35,867 bases of DNA from Candidatus Thorarchaeota archaeon (GCA_048882385.1 JBHLRQ010000010.1:15950-51816); one strand, 5' to 3'; shown: positions 18,309 through 28,157, numbered from the stretch's first letter. Numbers and translations: made by a program. Notes: generated by a model not told the origin, from the sequence alone.

Positions 18309-20228
18309 ATGGAAGATGACTCTTCGTTCATTGGACGCCGCCTAAAGCAGACAGGAGAACTTCTACTCGGGGGTGCTCAAAAACAAGTAGTCGACTATAG
18401 AAACAAGTTCAAAGGGCTTGTAGGGGCATTTGATGATTTTCTGTCAAAATTACTTGTATCATATGCAGCAGCAAAGTTCGACATTTCTTTTGTAGATGAA
18501 TTCTTTGGAAAGAGAAACCTCACCTTTGCAGGCATAGATGGGACAGTCCTAAAGTATGATGTGTTTGACTTAGTCGTATTCTTCGCTGGTGCCTATAGTG
18601 CTCATGGTGTTATTTCGTTACAAAACGATGGTAGAGCTAAAATCGAATATGATGAGAAATACTTGGAGCGAGGAATGGGAGTATCAAGTGTTCTTCCAGT
18701 CTATATTAATGAGGTTCCCGCAATAGATCAGACGCTTCTAGTTCGTAGGGAAGACGGACAAATTGATAATTCAGTCACATTTACTGATGCTTGGGTTGTT
18801 GACAATTCAGCTTTTGCGGATTACCTAATGGGACTTGCTGAATTCTTTCTTGGCTACAAATTGGTTAGCTCTGATAACCCAGTTGATATCCTATTATTAG
18901 ACCGAGTTTTCTCATCAGAGATAGCATCTTTCTACGCAGAAACCTCTGATTTCAGATTGAGTCTTGACCATGAATGCGGCATTATTGGTCACAAAATCGA
19001 AGGGCAGCCATTCAACAAGACTGAGTGGGTATTTGCGCGGAAATTATTTGGAAATCTAGAAATGGGAACACCACCTGCACGAGGTGAATTTCTTCTTTCA
19101 CGAGTCGTAACTGAACTCGTAAATGAACCAGGACACTCATTAAACCGAGAAGAGCTTGTGGACAGACTTGGACTTAAAGACGAGTTTCATCTAGCAAGGC
19201 TTGACAAAGAACTTGAGAAAGGAATCAGAGGATCAGGAGAATCAGAGGGTATAATCATTCGCAAAGGAAAGCAATTCATATTGAAACCACAATACAAGGA
19301 TATCAAAGGCAGAATAAGACAGCTTGTAGATGAGATTTGTAATCGAATGTTTTCATCAGATCCAAGTGTTACATTTGAAGACAGGTTCAAGATTGATGGT
19401 AGATGGATTACTACGAATGATATTGCATTTCTAAGCCTTGCATCATTGTATCTTACCATTGAAGAATCTTGGAAAAACCGTACGTTGCTTGTGGGTGTAG
19501 CGAAAGACACCTCTGCGCGAGACCTCAAGAGACAAGTTCTCCCAGTACTAAATTATGTTGGCAGATTCAAAGGAGGATTCGGAGAAAAGGGACAGGATAC
19601 TCCGGATACGGACAGGATGATTCTCCAATGGGTTTCACTTCAGGAGCAAGGACGACTCAAAGTTCCTTGGGCAACAGTTGAGTATGATACTGCATTCAAG
19701 ACAATAGTGCCCCATTTTGACAGGAAACCGGGTCTAGTATCTGGTGCACGGAGAAACCAGATATCACTAGAGAAGACCTTTGTGAAGTCATATTTTCAAC
19801 TCTGTCAAGCGGCTTCTGATCCCAAATTGAGAAGTAATGTTCTTCTATACGATAGGTTAGTCTATCCCGAATTTGATAAGGGTTCGGATAGACTGACAAC
19901 GCTCCATCATGATTATGAAAACAGACCGGATAGTCCTGAGTCTGTTGATGTTGTGTTCTATGAAGGATTAGACAATAAGATTCAATCATTTGTTATTACA
20001 CTTTTTGAGAGAATGACAAGCATGAGTATTCCAGAGCTCTTTGGCCATTTACGTCCATTATACATTGCAGACAAAGTAGCAAAATACTATTGGAGTCAAT
20101 TCAAGGGAATGGTTGAGAGTGCAGGAATATGGCTGGTCAATAGACCAGATCTGAGAGAATTCTTATTCTATCTCAGTAGTTTTAGAGAAAGGAGGTCAAG
20201 TATTGAGCAATCAAGAAAGAAAGCCTAA
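18309..20228 (+). CDS. nurA: NurA-family nuclease with a large internal insertion
   Basis: FAGIDGT, ILLLDR, LLVGVAKDTS, TDRMIL, GHLRPLYIADKVAK in NurA order; overlaps a HerA-like gene. Confidence 0.75.
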   Translation: MEDDSSFIGRRLKQTGELLLGGAQKQVVDYRNKFKGLVGAFDDFLSKLLVSYAAAKFDISFVDEFFGKRNLTFAGIDGTVLKYDVFDLVVFFAGAYSAHGVISLQNDGRAKIEYDEKYLERGMGVSSVLPVYINEVPAIDQTLLVRREDGQIDNSVTFTDAWVVDNSAFADYLMGLAEFFLGYKLVSSDNPVDILLLDRVFSSEIASFYAETSDFRLSLDHECGIIGHKIEGQPFNKTEWVFARKLFGNLEMGTPPARGEFLLSRVVTELVNEPGHSLNREELVDRLGLKDEFHLARLDKELEKGIRGSGESEGIIIRKGKQFILKPQYKDIKGRIRQLVDEICNRMFSSDPSVTFEDRFKIDGRWITTNDIAFLSLASLYLTIEESWKNRTLLVGVAKDTSARDLKRQVLPVLNYVGRFKGGFGEKGQDTPDTDRMILQWVSLQEQGRLKVPWATVEYDTAFKTIVPHFDRKPGLVSGARRNQISLEKTFVKSYFQLCQAASDPKLRSNVLLYDRLVYPEFDKGSDRLTTLHHDYENRPDSPESVDVVFYEGLDNKIQSFVITLFERMTSMSIPELFGHLRPLYIADKVAKYYWSQFKGMVESAGIWLVNRPDLREFLFYLSSFRERRSSIEQSRKKA

Positions 20229-22143
20229 ACTTAGTCTATTCACAGACTTTGATGGTGCCTTTGAAGGCAGACTTGCAAGGGTTATACCAGTAGCAGCCAA
20301 CTATACATCAGAATGGGCTGGATCAGCTGCTAGATATGACTGTAGAATAAAAATACGTTACAACAAAGAATTGATGGCTCAACTAGAAGAAGGCATGCTT
20401 CTTGCTGTTAAGAACTTTAGAGGTCAGTCAAAGAAGTCAGCAAAGGAAGGAGTCCAACGCTATACTGTAATGGTGATTAGTAAAGTCTGGCCACTGCACT
20501 ACGGATTGGGAGGAGTCAACGATAGTCACTATTTCCCATTGCAGATGGAGATAATTGAACAATCAGTTCCAGACTGGTCTACTGATGATCAAGCAACTAT
20601 GATGGTACACATGAATGCAGTTCCTATCAACTATGATCTCGTTATAGACAAGCAGGGTGAGATAGAATTCCGGAAAGGATTCTCGTATCCATTAGTTGGT
20701 GAAAGAGCGTTTGTCATCAACATGGACACGGTAGATTTGATCTATAATGACAAGGTGAAGAAGGCAATTGGTTTTGCTAAGAAGACATCTGTAGCAGATC
20801 CAAAGAAGGATCCTCGTGTTGGAGTACTGAGAATGTTCGTGGAGTCAGAACAGGAAGTACCAATCTATGTTGATTTGACCAAGCTAGTTCGCTATCACTT
20901 CGGTGTATTTAGTTTCACTGGCGGAGGTAAAAGCAATCTTCTCTCGAATCTGTTCAGACGAATTTTATACCATGAGAAGGACACAAAGCTATTGATTTTC
21001 GACATCAGTTGTGAGTACCCGTTCTTACTCAGCGATGTGTTCATGGACCCAAAAATACCAAGTGTTATTGTACTAGAAGAAGAGGCGAAGACAGCTAACC
21101 ACTTTGCACGATCAATTGTCAAACCAAGAGACTTTGAGGAGGATGAGAGGGCCAATTCAGTCTTGGAGCAGATTTACGGAATAAAAGATAGGGTGACCTT
21201 CTACAACAGACCTCTAACACAGGTACCAACCTATGGTAGCCTATTACAAGAAATGAGAGGAATTCGAGCGGATAGCTCGAATAGACCAACCTATGTGCAA
21301 GCTATGGATGCAATCATGGATTTCGTGGCATCCTTCATAGAAAAGACTGGAAAGTCTGAGCATGATGAGATTGATTTTGAATTCATCGACCATCTTGACT
21401 CAACAGCACGACAGGCTATGGAAACCTTTCAGGTTCATGATAAATCAACAGTGTATGCTTGGGCGACAACAAGACTTACACTGAAGGGAATCCTTACACG
21501 CGCTCAGAAAGCAAAACGAAGTGGTGTCACGATAAAAGACCTAATGATGAAACTTAGCGGACCAGAAAGAGTTGTGTGCATTTCAATAGCTGATCCAGAC
21601 ACCCTGAGAGACCTCGTTATCAAACTAACAAGCGCGGCACTCCGATACCGGAAGAGAAGTTTTGAGATCAAACCCCAGATTCTATTTGTCTTTGATGAAG
21701 CACAAGAGTTCATTCCATCACAAGCTAGCGGTCATCTTGGACAGTGTAGTGCGGCTGTTGAAAGACTACTCAGGCAGGGCCGGAAATATGGTCTTGGAGG
21801 CGCAATAGCAACTCAGAGGATTGCATATCTGAACACGAATATCATGCAACAGCTTCACACATTCTTTGTTGGGACATTACCTAGACCTTATGATCGAACT
21901 GTTGTTAGTAGCTCGTTCCAGATAGACCTAAGCATTCTGGATAAGACGCTTGAATTCCCACCGGGATCCTGGTTGCTATCAAGTTATATCGCAACTGGAC
22001 TTGATAGTGTCCCAATATTCGTCAAAGCGGACAACTCTGAGGATATCCTTAGAAAACATATCGAATCAAGTAAACCCAAAACTTCGGATAAAGCCAAAAA
22101 TAGCAGCCATGACGAAGAGGCCCAACGAACAAAACTTGCATGA
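20203..22143 (+). CDS. herA: HerA-family ATPase/DNA translocase
   Basis: N-terminal HAS-barrel-like region; HFGVFSFTGGGKSN (Walker A), LLIFDISCEY, FVFDEAQEF (Walker B), RQGRKYGLG..ATQR. TTG start after GGAGGT, 26-nt overlap with nurA. Confidence 0.85.
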   Translation: MSNQERKPKLSLFTDFDGAFEGRLARVIPVAANYTSEWAGSAARYDCRIKIRYNKELMAQLEEGMLLAVKNFRGQSKKSAKEGVQRYTVMVISKVWPLHYGLGGVNDSHYFPLQMEIIEQSVPDWSTDDQATMMVHMNAVPINYDLVIDKQGEIEFRKGFSYPLVGERAFVINMDTVDLIYNDKVKKAIGFAKKTSVADPKKDPRVGVLRMFVESEQEVPIYVDLTKLVRYHFGVFSFTGGGKSNLLSNLFRRILYHEKDTKLLIFDISCEYPFLLSDVFMDPKIPSVIVLEEEAKTANHFARSIVKPRDFEEDERANSVLEQIYGIKDRVTFYNRPLTQVPTYGSLLQEMRGIRADSSNRPTYVQAMDAIMDFVASFIEKTGKSEHDEIDFEFIDHLDSTARQAMETFQVHDKSTVYAWATTRLTLKGILTRAQKAKRSGVTIKDLMMKLSGPERVVCISIADPDTLRDLVIKLTSAALRYRKRSFEIKPQILFVFDEAQEFIPSQASGHLGQCSAAVERLLRQGRKYGLGGAIATQRIAYLNTNIMQQLHTFFVGTLPRPYDRTVVSSSFQIDLSILDKTLEFPPGSWLLSSYIATGLDSVPIFVKADNSEDILRKHIESSKPKTSDKAKNSSHDEEAQRTKLA

Positions 22144-22208
22144 TCATTTTCGCGTGGGTCTTTTATGACCATGAGAAAAATCCATTGTGAGAACTAGGAG
22201 GAAAGAAA

Positions 22209-22769
22209 ATGATCATTGACTACGGAAACAAGACAGTAGGAATCAAAATCGTTTTCTTCGGCCCTGCAATGAGTGGAAAGACAACTGCTATCAAATGGTT
22301 ATTCAAGAGTCTTGGAGAGGAAGTCACATCAATTGAAAACACAGTGGGTAGGACTATGTTCATGGATTTTGGTGTCATTCCATTCTCTTTGGGTGACACG
22401 TGGACGATAAATGCCCATTTATGGTCCGCAACAGGCCAAGACTTCTACAAGTCAACAAGAGAAGTTGTGCTGGTTGGAGCTGATGGAATAGTCTTTGTGG
22501 TTGATGCTCAAGAACACCTTCAGGAAGAGAACCTAGTTAGCTGGAAGGAATTGGTTTCAACCATGGAGAGCAGTAGAGACCTTCTCCCTCTAGTAATCTT
22601 TCTAAACAAAACAGACCTACCAAACATTATCGATGAAACGAGGCTCCGTAGTCACCTACATATTCCAACTTCAATCCCAGTGATGCAAGGAATTGCAAAA
22701 GAAGGACATAATGTCATCGAAACATTTCAATTGTTATTCCAAGAATCATTAAAGTCCAATATCCACTAA
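22209..22769 (+). CDS. MglA-like small GTPase
   Basis: KIVFFGPAMSGKTT (G1), GRTMFMDF (MglA-type G2), SATGQDFY (G3 without Asp), GADGIVFVVD, NKTD (G4). Confidence 0.85.
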   Translation: MIIDYGNKTVGIKIVFFGPAMSGKTTAIKWLFKSLGEEVTSIENTVGRTMFMDFGVIPFSLGDTWTINAHLWSATGQDFYKSTREVVLVGADGIVFVVDAQEHLQEENLVSWKELVSTMESSRDLLPLVIFLNKTDLPNIIDETRLRSHLHIPTSIPVMQGIAKEGHNVIETFQLLFQESLKSNIH

Positions 22770-23494
22770 TCATCATCAGAATCAGTCATGGCAATGATAT
22801 CATCAACATCTCGTGTTTCTGCAAATTCGCCCAATAGGTGTCCAGACCGTCTGGCCTTAGTGGAAAGATACTCACGACTAAATTCTGTGGGAATAGTGAT
22901 GAGGGGAAGTCGCTCCACTATCTTGATTCCAGCCTCTGACAACTGCTTGATCTTAGCGGGATTGTTCGTGAGGAGTTTGATTGATTTAATCTGGAGATTC
23001 TTCAGGATGTTTGCGGCGATGCCATAATCACGTTCATCAGGTTTGTATCCTAGGTGGATGTTTGCATCAATCGTGTCAAGACCTTGATCTTGAAGAGCGT
23101 ATGCTTTGATTTTTTCTGTTAGTCCGATATTACGACCTTCTTGACGGAGATAAAGTACTGCACCTTCGCCTTGATTCTCAATGATTTTTAGAGATTCTAA
23201 CAACTGATCGCGACAATCGCATCTATTGCTCCCCATGACATCCCCTGTCAAACACTCTGAGTGAACTCGAGTTACTACTCCTTCTTTATCCACAACATCA
23301 CCTCTGATGATAGCAGTGTGCTCCTTTCCGTCGCATGGACTAACGAAACCAGCAATTTGGAAATCTCCAAACCTACTGGGCAAGTCAGCAATAGCCACAA
23401 GTTGTACACAGCACTCATCTGTTACGCAGACTTGCTTTTCACTTGCTACTAGTAATTGGTCAATTTGTTCAGGAGAGAGCTTCAATTGAGTCAC
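22766..23494 (-). CDS. ribA: GTP cyclohydrolase II
   Basis: RVHSECLTGDVMGSNRCDC Zn motif, YLRQEGRNIGL, AYALQDQGLDT..AN, DERDY, LLTNNPAK. Confidence 0.95.
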   Translation of the reverse strand: MTQLKLSPEQIDQLLVASEKQVCVTDECCVQLVAIADLPSRFGDFQIAGFVSPCDGKEHTAIIRGDVVDKEGVVTRVHSECLTGDVMGSNRCDCRDQLLESLKIIENQGEGAVLYLRQEGRNIGLTEKIKAYALQDQGLDTIDANIHLGYKPDERDYGIAANILKNLQIKSIKLLTNNPAKIKQLSEAGIKIVERLPLITIPTEFSREYLSTKARRSGHLLGEFAETRDVDDIIAMTDSDDD

Positions 23495-23619
23495 CCATAT
23501 TGGAAATCAATCTCGGTCCAAAGTAGGTCTTTGATATACCTTTGGATTCAGAATCAAATCCGGCATTGCTAAATACTACATCGCATTGGCTGTTTTTGCC
23601 AAAATCAGAGGGACAATTG

Positions 23620-24684
23620 ATGACTCGAGATCACACAGTCGCAGTTGAAAAGAGCGAAGCATGGTTGAAAGAGAATGTTAAACGATATGCATTCAAGAAG
23701 TTAGAACGGGAAATCATAAAGACTGGAGCTTGTGTAGAATGTGGCTCCTGTGTGGAGGGTTGCCCAGTGGATGCATTAACCGGGGAGTATGTTGAAGGCA
23801 AGTATACTCCAACTCTGACGGGAAAATGCTCAGCTTGTGGCATATGCTATGCTATGTGCCCAAGAACCTTCTTTATTGAGGATGTCAATGTTGGTGAATA
23901 TCTTAGTCTTTGGAAAGTGAGGTCTCTCGGAGACCACAGAAGACAAGATGGTGGGGCAGTAACAGCTATCTTGAGTCATATGCTTAATAGTGGTGCCATT
24001 GAAGGAGCAGTTGTGGTTGGACACTCAGATAAACCTTGGATGCCTAAAGCCAAGTTGGTCAAAGATAAGGAACAAATCCTCCAGAGTGGAGGTACAATGT
24101 ATACTCATGCTGCTATAGTTCAAGAGATGCTCAGAGGTTTCAAGGAAGGACTATCGTCACTGGCTGTTGTTGGTACAGCATGTAATATCGAAGCAGTGAA
24201 TAAAATGCAGACGCATCCAGCTGGTCTTTTCCAAGTTGATAGGACTGCTAAGATATTCAAAATTAGCTTGTTCTGCATGGAGTCATTTGACTACGAAAAG
24301 TTGAAGGAATTCTTAATGATAGAGGGGATTGATATTGAGAAAGTTGACCGATTCGCAATATCAAAGGGGCAGTTCAATGTCACAGTAGGTGATGATGAGA
24401 AGAGTTGGCCTGTTGCAGACCTCAATGCTATTGCCGCATCCTCCTGTTCGTATTGCCATGACTTGACTGGGATGAATTCTGACATCTCTTGTGGTAATAT
24501 TGGCACAGACGAGGGATTCACTACAGTGATAGTCAGAACAAAGGAGGGGGAGAAGGTCTTCAAGGAAGTCGTTAAAGCAAACCTAGTTGAAGCTGAAGAG
24601 ATTGATGAGAGTGCATTCGCTGCAGTTGTGAATACAGCTAGATCGAAGAGAAGTAAGTTATACAAACTGGATCCTCTTCATTAG
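23620..24684 (+). CDS. Coenzyme F420 hydrogenase/dehydrogenase beta-subunit (FrhB/FdhB/FpoF) family with N-terminal 2x[4Fe-4S] ferredoxin
   Basis: CVECGSCVEGCP and CSACGICYAMCP; QDGGAVT, VVGTAC, LFCMESF, CSYCHD..SDISCG, VIVRTKEG. ATG at 23620 follows GAGGG (ORF track start 23542). Confidence 0.9.
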   Translation: MTRDHTVAVEKSEAWLKENVKRYAFKKLEREIIKTGACVECGSCVEGCPVDALTGEYVEGKYTPTLTGKCSACGICYAMCPRTFFIEDVNVGEYLSLWKVRSLGDHRRQDGGAVTAILSHMLNSGAIEGAVVVGHSDKPWMPKAKLVKDKEQILQSGGTMYTHAAIVQEMLRGFKEGLSSLAVVGTACNIEAVNKMQTHPAGLFQVDRTAKIFKISLFCMESFDYEKLKEFLMIEGIDIEKVDRFAISKGQFNVTVGDDEKSWPVADLNAIAASSCSYCHDLTGMNSDISCGNIGTDEGFTTVIVRTKEGEKVFKEVVKANLVEAEEIDESAFAAVVNTARSKRSKLYKLDPLH

Positions 24685-24717
24685 AAAAAAAGAGTTAGTG
24701 AGAGGGGCTCCCCTCAC
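24685..24717 (-). terminator. Hairpin plus T tract terminating the 24731..25531 gene
   Basis: GTGAGAGGGGCTCCCCTCAC stem-loop (24698-24717) next to an A7 run (T7 on the minus strand). Confidence 0.55.
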
Positions 24718-24730
24718 CTACAAATATCTT

Positions 24731-25531
24731 CTAAAGCCTTCTCATAAAAACAACAGCTGCTATGATGACCACTCCCGCGACTCCACCTCCTATTAAGAGC
24801 AAGGTAGTATCAATTGGCGGAGGTGTTCCACCATCGGTTGTGGTTTCTGTGGTTGTTGTTGTGTTTTCGGTTGGTGTTGTAGGAGCAGGGGGTGTGATAT
24901 CAATCGTGTCACTTACAACGAAGTTGTCAAATCCATCACCACCACGACCCAATTGTTCAATTACAAACCTCTCTGAGTAGCTGTACTCTGTGTCTACGAA
25001 CGAAATAAGAGGTTCAGCAATATCAGATGTTGCATTAACATAGACATTGATTCCTCCCGTGGAGTTACGAGTTATGTCAATATACAACCATGCATAACGA
25101 AGATCTTCAAATACTGCAAGACCTAAGGATGATGCAGCTGATCCACCGTTCAGTTTTAGTAGTAAAACAGCGTCTCCTGAAACCCGAATTCCATAACCAT
25201 AGTAATCTGGATGCGTTCCGTTCGCCATGAACATAATATTAGCTTCCCATGCATACCAAGTATCTAGTGACCAATGATCAAAACTCCAAGTTCCTTCAAC
25301 CTGTGAACTGGGATGCCATATTCTTTGATATCCATAGCTTAAACCGAGGTCTTCTGATTCTAAGATTCCGGAATCAACACTCCAGGTTCCTTCAGTAACA
25401 GTCCAATCATTGTAGTTTCCATCTCCGAAGTCATCACTCCACACAGGAGCTGCTGCTGACTGAGGAAGAAGTGAAAGGACAAAGATCAGACCGATAAGAA
25501 CTCCAGTAAATTTCAATATTCCAGTTTTCAA
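24731..25531 (-). CDS. Membrane-anchored surface protein with concanavalin A/LamG-like beta-sandwich
   Basis: TTG start after GGAGGAG; signal peptide; WSDDFGDGNYNDW..GTWSV, W-x-x-I-x-ITR..G-x-I-x-VYVN, FDNFVVS; Pro/Thr linker; TM helix plus RR. Confidence 0.75.
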   Translation of the reverse strand: MKTGILKFTGVLIGLIFVLSLLPQSAAAPVWSDDFGDGNYNDWTVTEGTWSVDSGILESEDLGLSYGYQRIWHPSSQVEGTWSFDHWSLDTWYAWEANIMFMANGTHPDYYGYGIRVSGDAVLLLKLNGGSAASSLGLAVFEDLRYAWLYIDITRNSTGGINVYVNATSDIAEPLISFVDTEYSYSERFVIEQLGRGGDGFDNFVVSDTIDITPPAPTTPTENTTTTTETTTDGGTPPPIDTTLLLIGGGVAGVVIIAAVVFMRRL

Positions 25532-25676
25532 AATCTCTCCTCCACATTGTTAGCTTTTGAACTAATTTGTTCTTAAAATCATCAATCACCTTTGCAATAA
25601 ATTGGAACGATAGTTGGCTTATGCACAAAAAGTATTCGAGAAGTATTGATAAGTCACCAGCAAAATAGATGGTCAA

Positions 25677-26192
25677 GTGACACATAATATCTTACTCACT
25701 GGAAAGCCAGGAATTGGCAAAACCACTGCAATAAGACGAATCACAGAAAAGATTAAGCCCATGAGAGTAGGAGGTTTCTTTTCGTATGAGATTCGTGAGT
25801 GTGGAAAACGAGTGGGATTTGCCATTGAAACATTTTCAGGTGAAAGTGGTATTTTGGCACATGTCAATCTAGACACCAGATACAGAGTTGGCAAGTATCA
25901 GGTGTCTGTGGAGGATATTGATTCAGTCATCATTCCTGAGCTTCAAAGAGCACGAGAGGAAAAGGAAATCATAATCATCGACGAGATTGCAAAGATGGAA
26001 TTATTCTCGAAGTTGTTTGCTCCTGAAGTCCGAAGATGTCTGGACACAGCAAGAGTTGTTGGGACCATTCAAGTGAGAAGAGATCCATTCTTGGATGAAA
26101 TTAGGAAACGACATGATGTTACAATCCTTGAACTTACTCTTAGTAATAGAGATGTTGTTCCAATGCAAGTCCTCGCACTACTTAACGAATGA
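25677..26192 (+). CDS. THEP1-family nucleoside triphosphatase
   Basis: ILLTGKPGIGKTT, GGFF..EIRE.GKRVGF, RVGKY.V, IIIDEIAKMELFS. Confidence 0.92.
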   Translation: MTHNILLTGKPGIGKTTAIRRITEKIKPMRVGGFFSYEIRECGKRVGFAIETFSGESGILAHVNLDTRYRVGKYQVSVEDIDSVIIPELQRAREEKEIIIIDEIAKMELFSKLFAPEVRRCLDTARVVGTIQVRRDPFLDEIRKRHDVTILELTLSNRDVVPMQVLALLNE

Positions 26193-26197
26193 ACAGA

Positions 26198-27976
26198 TCA
26201 TCTAGTCTTTGTTCTGAAGTAGAGAACCAATATCACAAGTAGAGAGAGACTACCTAGAATCACTATAACGGCGTAGAGTGGTGCCGGAGCCCCTTCGAAA
26301 CTCTGACTAGTAATGTCTACATAAAGCCACCCAGAATCAAAAAGTAGCTGTACAGATGAATTATCTTGTGCAAGAATCTTGTACCATACCCTGACTCCAT
26401 ACTGATAATTCCCTAGATGAGTAACAAAGATATTTTCAATTTCAGTCTGTTCCATGTCCTTTGTTTCAAATGTGAAATCCAGACTCTCTGGATCACCAAC
26501 ACCCCATTGTATTTCCAAGCTACTAATTTTATTCAAATCCCACACATATGCTTGAATAGTGAGATTGTTTGATGTTGGAGTGCTGAAAACCTGAATGGCA
26601 GTGATACCAGACACTGTTGGAATGTGAGCATCAGGTGATACTTCCACCTCAATTATCGAATAAGCTGATTGATTGAAGAAATCCGTATAGGTCATGTTGT
26701 ATTCATGGACACCCACTTCAAGGTCGTCAACATTGAGTTCGTAGCCCTCTCCATCCCAAACTCCATTCACAACATCCACTCCATCAAGTGTTAAGTTGAA
26801 GAGAAGGGGATTATTCTCTTCTACAGTCCAGTTAATGCTGTATCCGGTGTATCCTTCCTCATATGTGAGATCTCCAGATGAAGTGATTATTGGAGCACGA
26901 ATGTCTTCATAGACAGTGACATTAACAGAGTCATTTGTCATTCTTCCAAAAATATCATAGAGAGTCAATGTAATTGTATAGTTACCAAGAAAGAGACCAT
27001 CAACAACTACAACAATATCATCGCCAAGAGGATCAATGAATACCCAATTAGATTCTATAACATCTATGAAGGTGTGGTATTCAGCATAGTTACCATATGT
27101 CGTATCGTTGTAGTGAATGACTGCTGTGATTGTGTAATTCTCTGGATTGCTGTCATAAGCATGCCACAATATTTCATAGCCTTCATCTCCAAATTCATAC
27201 TCGATATCATCTGGAGAAGTTATTGTTGGATTGGTCAAGTCCAGTGTGACTGTCACATTTACAACACCTGTCGTATTGCGACCAAATATATCTCTCACAA
27301 ACAGTGTGTAAATATGCCAATATGGAGCACTAAGGCCATCGATGCTTATTGAGAAATTCTCACCGGTCCACGTACCTGATTCTACTATTGTGAAGTTGTT
27401 AATTGGTTCGTTGGATTGACGAGTAATGTTGTAGAATTCAGGATTTGCTTCAGATACATTCCAGCGAATAAAATGACCAAAGCTACCTTCTTCATATGTG
27501 ATATTGTCGTGGGGATCAATCACTGGTGCAGTAGTATCAGGAACAACACGCACTAGAGTAGAAGCAGATGCGCCTTCACCTTGATCGTTGAATATTCTGA
27601 TTACGAAGTTCAAGTCTTTAGGCAGCGTGTCAATCCAATCGCCATCATAAAGTGGATCAAGAGAAACTGTGATATCGCCACCTATCCATGTTGCAGTTGA
27701 AAAGACAGTACCATCTACGGTGACGGAATAATTCTTTGGATTAGGATCAGATGCTTGGTATACAAGAGTTTCACCCATTGAACCATTCTCAAATTCAAGA
27801 TAACTTGGTCCAGAGAGAGTCGGAGCAGCTAATACCATTGTGTTGATAGGTGAGTATGACTGTTCTGGAGTACTAGTTGTCAGAGCATAGGGTGACAGTA
27901 TGAGCCACGCTAGCATGATAATGATTGCAATATTTCGGCGACCAAGTGAATCCATCTGATTACTTCCTATATTCAT
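26198..27976 (-). CDS. Surface protein with tandem Ig-like repeats
   Basis: Four ~95-110 aa repeats opening with P-x-I/L-x4-5-(I/L)-x-(Y/F)E-x-G-x2-G-x2-(I/L)-x-W/Y and containing NP-x2-(Y/F); N-terminal signal, C-terminal TM with basic tail. Confidence 0.85.
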   Translation of the reverse strand: MNIGSNQMDSLGRRNIAIIIMLAWLILSPYALTTSTPEQSYSPINTMVLAAPTLSGPSYLEFENGSMGETLVYQASDPNPKNYSVTVDGTVFSTATWIGGDITVSLDPLYDGDWIDTLPKDLNFVIRIFNDQGEGASASTLVRVVPDTTAPVIDPHDNITYEEGSFGHFIRWNVSEANPEFYNITRQSNEPINNFTIVESGTWTGENFSISIDGLSAPYWHIYTLFVRDIFGRNTTGVVNVTVTLDLTNPTITSPDDIEYEFGDEGYEILWHAYDSNPENYTITAVIHYNDTTYGNYAEYHTFIDVIESNWVFIDPLGDDIVVVVDGLFLGNYTITLTLYDIFGRMTNDSVNVTVYEDIRAPIITSSGDLTYEEGYTGYSINWTVEENNPLLFNLTLDGVDVVNGVWDGEGYELNVDDLEVGVHEYNMTYTDFFNQSAYSIIEVEVSPDAHIPTVSGITAIQVFSTPTSNNLTIQAYVWDLNKISSLEIQWGVGDPESLDFTFETKDMEQTEIENIFVTHLGNYQYGVRVWYKILAQDNSSVQLLFDSGWLYVDITSQSFEGAPAPLYAVIVILGSLSLLVILVLYFRTKTR

Positions 27977-28157
27977 CTAAATTGTGCTCTGTGACCGCCC
28001 GAACTTCTTGGCACGGTTTTATACTCTTCGGTGCACCTTTGGTTATGCACAAGGTGACCAATGATATCCGTATGGCATAGGCTGATAAGATAGAATGTAT
28101 CGAGAAAAATAGGACCTACTTCAATTAGGAGACAAGCAAGACTTAGGGGAAGCAATA

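Noticed and set aside
24820-24895. GTT/GGT-rich low-complexity run (similar runs near 965-1020 and 9545-9575)
   Set aside because: Encodes Thr/Pro/Ser linkers before TM anchors, a common surface-protein feature.
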